This document shows positions 53,501-64,000 of a stretch of 64,000 nt of DNA, piece after piece (position 1 is the stretch's first letter; every line of letters starts with the position of its first letter). This DNA comes from the human T2T-CHM13v2.0 reference genome, Homo sapiens, in the NCBI RefSeq assembly GCF_009914755.1, contig NC_060947.1, one strand, 5' to 3'. The notes below the pieces were generated by a model, which did no database searches, was not told where the DNA came from, and worked only from the letters and a program-made list of their open reading frames with translations. The position numbers and the translations under genes are program-made.

Positions 53501-55963
53501 CAACCAGCTAACATAATGATAGGTTCAAATCTTCACGTATCAATATTATTTTTTAAAGTAAATGCGTTAAATGCTCCACTTAAAAGAAATAGAATGACAA
53601 GTTGGATAAAGAAATACATGAAACCGTGTGCTGTCGTCAAGAAACCCATTTCACATGCAATGATACATACAGGTTCAAAGTAAAGAAATGGCAACAGATC
53701 GATCAAGGAAACAGAAAACAAAAGAGGACAGGGGTTGCTATTCTTATTTCAGACCATACAGACTTTAAACCAACAATGATGAAAAAGAACAAATAAGGGC
53801 ATTACATAATGAAAAAGGGTTCAATTTAACAAAAAAAGTAACTATCTTAAATAGATGTGCACCCAACACTGGAGCACCAAGATTCATAAAACAAGCTAAT
53901 AGAGAACAACAAAGAGACTTAGATAACCCTGCAACAATAGTGGGATACTTCAACAACCCACTGACAGTATTAAGCAGATCATTGAGGCAGAAAAATAACA
54001 AAACTATTTGAGGCCTAAACTTTATCCCTGACACAAGGGACCTAACAGACATCTATAGAACATTCCAAGCAATAACAATGGAATATATCTTCTTCTCATC
54101 TGTGCATGGCACATACTCATAAGTCAATCACACACTCGGCCATAAAGCAACTCTCAACAAATTCATAAAAACTGAAATCGTACCAACAATACTCTTGGAC
54201 CACAGTGCAATAAATATAGAAATCAGTATCAAGAAGATCTCTCAAAACCATACAATGACATATAAATTAAACAACCTGCTCCTTAATGGGTTTGGGTAAA
54301 GAATACAATTAAAGCAGAAATCAAGAAATTATTTGACACTAATGAGAGCAAACATACAACAAACCGGAATCTCTAGAAAGCGGCTAAAGCAGTGTTAAGA
54401 GGAAAACCTAAAATTGTAATAACCCTAGAAGTAAACCTAGGACACACAATTCTGGACATAGGCCTTGGCAAAGATTTCATAATGAAGACCACAAAAGCAA
54501 TTACAAAATTGACAAATTGGCAAAATTACAAAAATTGACATATGGGACTTAATTTAAACTAAAAAGCTTCTGCACAGCAAAATAAACTATCAACAGAGTA
54601 AAGAGACAACCTACAGAATGCGAAAAAATATTTGCGAATTATATATCCAACAAAGGTCTAATACACAGAATCTATAAGTAACTTAAACAAATCAACAAGG
54701 AAAAATACACATAACCCTACTAAAAAATAGGCAAAGGACACGATCACATACTTCTACTTACATGTGACCAACAAGCATATGAAAAAATTCTCAACATCAC
54801 AAATCATTAGAGAAATGCAAATCAAAACCACAATGAGATATTACCTTACAGCAATAAGAATACCTATTATTAAACATTAAAAAATTAAAAATAACATGTT
54901 AGCAAGATAGTGGAGAAAAGGGAATGCTTATATACTGCTGGTAGGAATGTAAATTAGCTCATCCACTGTGAAAAGCAATTTGGAGATTTCTGAAACAACG
55001 TAAAACAGAACTAACATTCAACCCAGCAATCCCATTACTGGGTATATATTTAAAGGTATATAAATCATTCTATCATAAAGACATATGCATGTTTACATTT
55101 ATTGCAGCACTTTTCACAATAGCAAAGACCTGGAGTCAATCTAAATGCCCATCAAAGTTGCACTGGATGAAGAAAATATGGTACATATACGTCATAGAAA
55201 ACTAGATAGCCATAAAAAAAAGAATGAACTCATGTTTTTTGTAGCAACATGGATGCAGGTGGAGGCCATTATCCTAAGCAAATTAACAGAGGAGCAGAAA
55301 ATCAATTACTGCATGTTCTCACTTATAAATGGGTGCTAAACATTCAGCATGCAGGGACACAAAAAGAGGAACAATAGACACTGGTACTAACTTAAGGTTC
55401 AAGGGTAGGAGGAAGGTGAGGATAGAAAAACTGCCTATCTGTACTTTGCTCCCTATTTGGGTGATGAAATCATTTGTATGCCAAACCCTGGTGATATGCA
55501 GTTTACCCACTTATCAAACCTGCACATGTACCCTTTGAACCTAAAATGAAATTTAGATTAAAAAAATAGACAGTTGAATTGCTCAATATATACCACAGAC
55601 AGGTCTGAAGCTGCAGTTGCCCACCATTTCAGACAGGAGGTACATCTTGTAAACAGACAATGTAAATTTAAGATATTGATAAATGTAGTGCAGTGCCACG
55701 AATGTATTTTCTCTCATGAGTTTCTTAATAACATTTTATTTTCCATAGTTTACTTTATTATAAGAATACAATATAACATACAAAATATATAACACATATG
55801 ACATACAAAATACATGTTAATTTACTCTTTATGTTATCAGTAAGACTCTGGTCAACAGTAGGCTATTGGTAGCTAGGTTTTTGAGGAGTCAAAAGTTATA
55901 CTTGTATTTTTGTGCATGGGGCTAACTCCTATAACCTTTGCATTGTTCAAAAGGAGTCAAGTG
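50542..55963 (+). mobile_element. Tigger2 deletion derivative (Tigger2b-like, ~1.07 kb), split by an L1 into 50542-51212 and 55565-55963
   Basis: Terminal inverted repeats TAGTTGACCACTGAACAA ... TTGTTCAAAAGGAGTCAAGTG with flanking TA; the transposase N-terminus (ATGCTCCCAAGAAACAAAGTCATGACACTCCAATAAAAAGTT|GAATTGCTC) continues across the L1. Confidence 0.85.
51213..55564 (+). mobile_element. L1PA15/16-type LINE-1 with both ends and a large ORF2 deletion near 54405
   Basis: 5'UTR AAAATGGCCAACTAGGTAGAGCCAGG; ORF1 remnant ~52440-53440; ORF2 start ATGATAGGTTCAAAT ~53516; junction GTGTTAAGAGGAAA|ACCTAAAATTG skips the whole RT region. Degenerate TSD AATAAAAAGTTAA / AATAGACAGTTGA. Confidence 0.88.
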
Positions 55964-57536
55964 TAAGAAACAATGTAAATTTTTATTTGAAATTTTTCTT
56001 CTAGATATTTAATTCTTTTCTAATATTAAAGATATTTTTAATTCGTATATTACTAATATCCTTAAAAATATAATGTATTCCAGATGTTTCAAATTTATAA
56101 TCAATAAACAACCTTAATATAATTTTCTTCAATTAAAACTAACATTCATGCATTATATTGCAGCATATAAAATAAACCTACGTATATCAACATTTGAATT
56201 CCATAAATGGATAAACTGAGACTCTAAGGCTGTGAGTGTAATTCCACACAGGTCTTTCTAACAGTTTTAGCATAAATGGATTCACTACCCAACATGTAAT
56301 TTTTATTCTAGACTTAACCCAAGATATTTGGTATTTCTATTATTGCAGTTGCCTAATAAACACATGGGTACCATGAAAGGGAAACATTAGAAGCAGGATA
56401 AACCAAGAAAATTTATACAATTTCTAGCTAATATGGACAAATTGGAACTCTACGACTGCCACACTATTTATATATTTTCTTTTAAATATTCATCACTGGG
56501 CATATTGAGTAATTAAATAGCAAAATAGGTAACTGTTTCTAAGTGAGAAATAGTTACACTAAAAATATTTTTTATTCTTTCTGAAATTATAATAAAGCTT
56601 TCTGAAGACAAAATATAAATGTAGGATTCTAAGTTCATAATATACCAATTTTCCATATAATCACAATCTTTATAATTACACGTTTTAACAAAAAATTCCC
56701 AGGCACTGGCAGATCTCTATTTCAGGTAGTCTTGTACTACTAAAAAGGCCCTAGCATTCCTACAGAGTATGAAGAACAAAGCATTTTAGACAGGTGGAAT
56801 AACATTCAATTCTTTGGTGGACACATATTTCTGAAATGAGTTAGAGAGTTGTATAAAATAATCTGAAAGTTTTGATAAACTATACATACGATATTTTAAT
56901 AAGAGACGATATTTTTAAGATTACATTTTTTCTAAAATCTTTCTCCTGCTTTCAAGTAACTGCATTTATTCAGTCATGTTTTGAGAGGCCAGAGAGAAGT
57001 ATAAAATGGCTCTAAAATTATTCAAATTATAATCCCAGAAAGTATGCAAACATTTCATAGAATTTAATTCTGAGAAAATAAAAATAAACAAAAACATCAC
57101 CATGCATACAATTATAGTATTTTATATTGTACATTAGCATGATGATAAATTATATATCTATTAGAAATGACTTTCTAAAGACTATGGAAATAGATATATT
57201 TATTATTTGCAAGATTAAATAAAATAATATAGTAAGAATGATGTGTACCTATGTAAAACTGATATATTTTTAAAACTCAAAAAGTTTTTACTATATTCAT
57301 AACTTTTACTTTTTAGAAAATTATACAAGAAAATTTATAGGATTTAGAATTGGAAGATGATCCACAGATAAATCGGTTTCTCTCATGTTGTAGATAAGAA
57401 TGTCATTTATTTTTAGTAAAAAAAAATTGAGATCACAGTCCTGTAATCGGCCAAAAGTAAACAAAGACAAACCATTCAAATAATTCCATATCTCTCAAAT
57501 AATTATATAAAATATTAGAATATTAGACATCTTTCT

Positions 57537-57875
<339 letters not shown>

Positions 57876-58319
57876 CTTACTAGACATTTTTCTAATTAAA
57901 AAAATATTTTAAACCTTCAGGAACTGACATTTCTATTAGAAAAGGTGTTGGAAGACCTCTGATGACACTGGAATTTGTTTGAAAAAAAGTAGAAAGCATA
58001 ACACTCAGGAAACACTGACTGTCAATAGAATTGTTCAATGTCAGGTCTGTGGGCAATACAATAGAAAACATTATGCACGAGTTTCCACGCTGGCAGCAGT
58101 GTGTCAATTTTAAGGTAAAATTGAAACCGTTGTTAACAACAATTAGGGTGCAGGAGGAAGCAAGTTAGTTACAGAATTTCATAAAATAATCTGTCACTGG
58201 AAAGTAAGAAAAAAGCATGTTTACTAGTAACAATAATAAAAGTAAAACTTACCTATCTACAAATTATTTGTACAGTAGAACGTAACTGTCAAACATTTTG
58301 TTGCAGGCTAACCACTTAT

Positions 58320-58680
58320 TTTTGATTTTTTTAATTGATACCTAATTATTGTACATATATCTAGGATACATATGGTAATTTGAAACATGTATACAATGTG
58401 TAGTAATCAAATCAGGGTAATTTGGATATACATCACCTCAATTATTCTTATGTGTTGTGAGCATTCCAACCCTTTTTCCTAGCTATCATCTCACCTTAGG
58501 TAAAATTGAATTTATCAAAAGACAAAAAATAACTTATGCTGGCAAGGATGTAGAGAAAGGTGAATGCTCATACACTGCTGGTGGAAATATACATTAGTAC
58601 AGGCATTATGAAAAACAGTCTGGAGTTTCCTCACAAAACTATAAATAGAACTGCCACATGATGCAAGGTGACCACTTCTA
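58320..58680. mobile_element. Two abutting L1M fragments in opposite orientation (58320-58484 on -, 58485-58680 on +)
   Basis: Reverse L1MA terminus (TTTAATTGATACCTAATTATTGTACATAT) joined to forward TATCATCTCACCTTAGGTAAAA...TACACTGCTGGTGGAAAT. Confidence 0.7.
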
Positions 58681-58684
58681 AGGG

Positions 58685-59060
58685 AAAAAGCAAAATTTTA
58701 ATTTCATTGATCTTGTAACAGTGAAACAGCAAAGGAACTAACATAATTAGCCCCAATTTTGTTTAAGGAGCCTTTGCCCATTTAGGCAAGGATAATTTTA
58801 GAACACTGAGATACTGTAAAACACAGCAGTCATGTAGTTTTTAAAACTAAATCTGGGATCAAAGAGTTAGTATGCAAAAAAACTATCTGTTTTGTTAATG
58901 ATTTACAGGAGTATAGTGACCTAACCAAGGACAAAAATGGTGCAAAACTCCTCAGACCCTCACTGATACCCAGATGTCTGTGGTTCTTCGTAGTCATTTC
59001 GTGATACTAATTGCTTCCTTTTCCCCATATCCCCCTCTCATAAAAGCCCTCTGGCTGGGA
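58685..59060 (+). mobile_element. Probable ERV1-class LTR fragment (family not assigned)
   Basis: LTR-like composition with a TATA-like CCCCTCTCATAAAAGCCC just before interruption by the next L1. Confidence 0.4.
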
Positions 59061-60445
59061 GACATTTGAAGCAAGATGGTGAAATAGAAGGCTCTACAGA
59101 TTGTCCACTATTCAATGAGGGCAAAAATTTAACAACTATGTACACAAAAAGCACCTTCACAAGAAACAACAACAACAACAAAAAATAGGTGAGCACTCAC
59201 AGTACCTGGTTTTAACTTTGTATTATTAAAAGTACCACCAAAGAGGTAGTAAAAACAGTCTTGAATAACTGACACCACCACTTCCCCATCCTCTGGCAGT
59301 AGTGGAGTGGTACAGAGAGCATTCCTGTGTACTGGGGTAGGGAGAGCACAGCTATTGTGAGGCATTGGATTAAGTGCTGTCCTGTTATAGCAGAAGGGAA
59401 AACCGGACCAAACTCACCTGAAACCCACTCACAGAGGGAGCATGTAAACCAAACCTGGCCAGAGGATGATTATTGAATTGAGTGGTCAGAACTTGAGTTC
59501 CCCCAAGTGGGGTTCTAAATAAACTTGAAAGGCAGTTTAAGATGCAACTCCTAGTCAATTCCTAGTGCTGAACCTGGTCCAGACTTAGAGGATTGAGGTG
59601 GGGTGGGGGGCATTCAACCTATAGCAACACAAGCTGGGTTGGCTAATAAAAGCTGGCATTACCCCTCTCCTAATCCCAGGCTGCACAGTTCACAGCCGCA
59701 AAAGAGATCTTGTCCTACTGTTTGAGGAGAGGAGAGAGAAGAGTGGGAAGGACTTTGTCTTTCCAACCACAGCAAGATAGGGCACTGGTAAGAGTCATGA
59801 GGCCTCCTTTCCAGGCCCTAGTTACCATATAATGTTTCTAGACAACTCTGAGCCAGAAGGGAATCTGTTGCCTTGAAGAGAAGGATCCAGTCCTGGCGGC
59901 ATTCATCACCTGCTAACTGAAAATCTCTTGGGTCCCTGAATAACCAGCAATGATATCCAGGTACTATATCAAGGGCCTTGGATGAGACTCTAAGACTTAC
60001 TGGCTTCAAATGAGACTCACCACATTCCAAGCTATTGTGGTTATAGCGCAAGACTCCTTCTACTTGAGAGCAGCAAAGAAAATATGAAGAAGATTTTGTC
60101 ATGCGCCTTAGGTACCAGCTGGGCCATAGGAGTATAGAGCACCAAGTAGGGTCTTGGGGCCTCTGATTCCAGAATGTAGGAATTGGATGGCATTTAAGGA
60201 CCTGTCCTGGGCAAGAGAGAAGCCCACTGCCCTGAAGGATGAGTCCCAGGTCAGGCAGCAATGACCACAAGCTAACTGAAGGGCACTTGGGACTTAAAAG
60301 AATATTGGCAACAGTCTGGCAGTGCTCATTGTGTGCCTGTGGTGGTAATGGTGGACACAAGGTGAGACTGATGGTGGTGGTGGCCAGAAGGTGAGGCTCC
60401 TCTGTCTTTTGAATAGGGAGGGAAGAGTAGAAAGAACTCTGCATT

Positions 60446-60750
<305 letters not shown>

Positions 60751-62678
60751 AAAGAATTCTGCATCTTGTGGTTTGAGTGCCAGTTCACCTGCAGTAAAAT
60801 AGAATACCAGGTAGACTTCTAGGGTTTTTTACTTGAGTCTCTGGCTCACAGACAACACTGCTGAACCTGCCTGGGACCTGAGGGAACTCACTACCATGAA
60901 GGAAATGACACAGAGATTGCCACCTTTGCAACCTACTAATTGTAGAGCCCCAGGACCTTGAGTGAACACAGGCAATAGCCAAGGAGTGATTACTTTGGCC
61001 TTGGGTGAGACCCAGTTATGTGCTGGCATCAGGACCGAGCCAGCACAGTCATAGTGGTGGTGTCAACAGGAGTGCTTGTCTCAACCCACCAGAACAGAAA
61101 GAGAGACTCTATTTGTTACAAGAAAGTAAGGAAAGAGAACAAGAGTCTCTGCCTGGTAATCAAGATAATTCCTTTGGATCTTTTCAAAGACCATAAAAGT
61201 GGTACTTCTACAACCCTACAAGAAACATAGCAATACTGAGCTTCAGGTTCCCCTCTATAGCAGATGCAGCTTATATCACAACACCCAAGTCCTTTTAAAT
61301 ATCTGGAAAGCCGTCCAAAGAAGGATGGGTACAAGTGAGCCTAGAAGACTTGTGTTGTGAAGACTACAATAAATATTTAACTCTTCAATGCCCAGACACT
61401 GAAGAACTTCTACTAGCATCAACACTATCCATGGAAATGTCACCTCACCAAATGAACTAAGTAAGGTACCAGGGACCAATCCTGAAAAAACAGATATGTG
61501 ACCTTTCCAACAGATAATTCAAAATAGCTGTGTTGAGAAAACTCAAAGAAATTCAAGACAGCATTTAGAAGGAATTCAGAATTCTGTCAGGTAAATTTAG
61601 CAAAGAGATTGAAATAATTAAAAATAAGCAGAAATTCTAGAGCTGAAAAATGCCTTTGACATAATGAATAATCAGATTATTTTAATAGCAGAATTCATAG
61701 ATTCAAATAAAGAATTAGAGAGCTTGAAGACAGGCTATTTGAAAATACACAATCAGAGGATATACAGAATTAAAAAACCATAAAACATACCTACAGGATC
61801 TAGAAAGTAGCCTCAAAAGCACAAATCTAAGAGTTATTCATCTTAAAAAGGAGGTAAAGAAAGAAACGGAGGTACAGAGTTTATCGAAAGTGATAAAAAC
61901 AGAGAACTTCCCAATCTAAAGAAAGATATTAATATCCAAGTACAAGAAGGTTATAGAACACCAAGCAGATTAAAAACAAAGAAGACTAACTCAAGGCATT
62001 CAATAATTAAACCTCCAAATATCAATGATAAGAAAAGGATCCTAAAAACAGCAAGAGAAAAGAAGCAAATAGCATACTATGAAGTTCCAATATGTCTGAT
62101 AGCAGAGTTTTCACTCAAAAACATATAGGCAAGGAGAAAGTGCCATCACATACTTAAAGTGCAGAAGAAAAAATAAATTATTTACTGTAGGAAAGTGTAT
62201 GTGGCAAAATAGCTTTGTGGGCCTTGGGTGAGACCTAGTGATAGGCTGGCATCAGGACTGAGGAGCAGACGAAAAGTGAAGAGGTCTTTACTTTTAACAT
62301 AAGACACTTTATGCTTTATGATTTAGTGTTTAACATAAAACACTTTGTTTCTTCAAATATAAAAGAGAAATGAAGAATTTTTCAGGCAAACAAAGGCTAA
62401 GAGATTTAATCATTTCCAGACTGGTCCTACAAGAAACGCTAAGGGAGGACTTCAGTGAGAAAAACAAACAAACAAACAAACAAACCAAAAAAAAAAAACC
62501 CAGAATATTAATGAGCAATAAGCAATCGCCTGAAGGTACACAACTCACTTTTAATAGTAAGTACAGAGAAAAACACAAAATATTATGACATTGTAACTGC
62601 TGTGTCTAAACTATTCTTATCCTAAGTAGAAAGACTAAATGATAAACCAATCAAGAACAATAACTGCAACAACTTTTC

Positions 62679-63015
62679 TTTTCTTTTCTTTCCTTTTATT
62701 TATTTATTTATTTTTTTTGAGAGGGAGTCTTGCTCTGTCACCAGGGCTGGAGTGCAATGGCACAAACTAGGCTCACGGCAACCTCTGCCTCCCCTGTTCA
62801 CATTATTTTCCTGCCTGATCCTCCCGAGTACCTGGGATTACAGGTGCACACCACTATGTCCAGTTAATTTTTTTCTTTTTTGTGTGTATTTTTTTAGTAG
62901 AGACGGGATTTCACTGTGTTGGCCAGACTGGTCTCAAACTCCTTCCTGATCTCCTGATCCACACGCCTCAGCCCTCAAAGTGTTGGGATTACAGACCTAA
63001 GGCACCGAACTGGGC
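62679..63015 (-). mobile_element. Alu, diverged, in the L1 inter-ORF region
   Basis: Exact TSD CAACAACTTTTC at 62667-62678 and 63016-63027. Confidence 0.9.
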
Positions 63016-63549
63016 CAACAACTTTTCAATACATAGATAGTATAATAAGATATAAATAGAAACAGCACAGAGTTAAAAATAATGGAGACAAAGTTAAGTC
63101 ATAAAGTCTTCATTAGTTTTCTTTTTGCTTGCTTTTTATGTACACAGTGTGTTAACTTGCTATCAGCTTAAAATAATGGGTTATAAGATAGAATTTGTAA
63201 GCCTTATGGTAAGCTCAAACCAAAATATATAACAGACACACAAAAAATCTAAAGAAAGAGATTAAATCATATGACCAGTGAAAATTACCTCTACTAAAAG
63301 AAATACAGGAGGAAAAGAAAGAAGGGAGAAAAGACAACAAATCATCGAGAGAAAAGAAGTAAAACAATTGCAGGAGTAGGTCCTTACTTATAAATAATAA
63401 CGATGAATATAAATGGAATAAACTGTCCAATTTAAAAAAACATAGACTAGTGGAGTAGATGAAAAAAATAAGACCAATTGAACTGTGGCCTATAAAGATA
63501 CACATACACAGAAAAAATTATATGTAGATTAAGAAGAAAAATGGCAGAT

Positions 63550-64000
63550 AGGAGCCCCTTCATTTTGGCCAATTTCTCCCATTTGGAATGGTTGTATTTA
63601 CCCAATGTCTGTACTCCCATTGTATCTAGGAAGTAACTAACTTGCTTTTGATTTTACAGGCCCATAAGCAAAAGGGACTTTCCTTGTCTCAGTTAAGACT
63701 TTGGACTGTGGACGTTTGAGTTAATGCTGAAATAAGTTAAGACTTTGGGTTCTGTTGGGAAGGCACGATTGGTTTTTAAATGTGAAAACACGAGATTTGG
63801 GAGGGGCAGAAGTGGAAATGAGTTGAGACTTTGGGGGACTGTTGGGAAGGCATGATTGCTTTTTAAATGTGAAGGTATGAGATTTGGGAGGGGCCAGGGG
63901 CAGAATGATATGATTTGGCTCAGTGTCCCCACCCAAATCTCATCTTGCAGCTTTCCTAATTCCCACATGTTGTGGAGAGACCCAGTGGGAGATGACTGAA
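63550..64000 (+). mobile_element. THE1 (MaLR) internal 3' end plus start of the 3' LTR (LTR from 63906, THE1C/D-like; runs off the window)
   Basis: CATTGTATCTAGGAAGTAACTAACTTGCTTTTGATTTTACAGG; polypurine tract GGGAGGGGCCAGGGGCAGAA; then TGATATGATTTGGCTCAGTGTCCCCACCCAAATCTCATC. Confidence 0.92.

Noticed and set aside
57890-58260. Unique-looking segment with GTAAG donor-like motifs on both strands
   Set aside because: No matching acceptor or open frame could be established; such motifs are frequent by chance.

Overview
This is primate (very probably human) genomic DNA, AT-rich and mostly made of transposable-element fossils. I found no credible cellular gene, RNA gene or CpG island, and nearly all ORFs in the track are translations of L1, Alu or ERV sequence. 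The main elements are a two-LTR HERV-L provirus (30011-36997, -) and a full-length ~7.8 kb L1MA2-type LINE with a TSD (37281-45113). There are also two L1PA15/16-type LINEs with large internal ORF2 deletions (one inserted into a Tigger2 DNA transposon), a twin-primed L1PA3/4, a short L1PA2 end, a MER9 solo LTR, several MaLR/ERVL LTRs, a THE1 remnant and about 12 Alus. Subfamily names come from remembered consensus features, not from a database search. I cannot support a new biological system here. The most unusual things visible are: (i) four clear short insertions in old L1s, each matching sequence 0.6-2.1 kb away, plus one palindromic filler, resembling template-switch/Pol-theta-type repair scars; (ii) a near-palindromic CTCF-like motif next to an AP-1 site in apparently unique DNA; (iii) a DUX4-like motif kept in only one HERV-L LTR; (iv) two closely spaced inverted Alu pairs.
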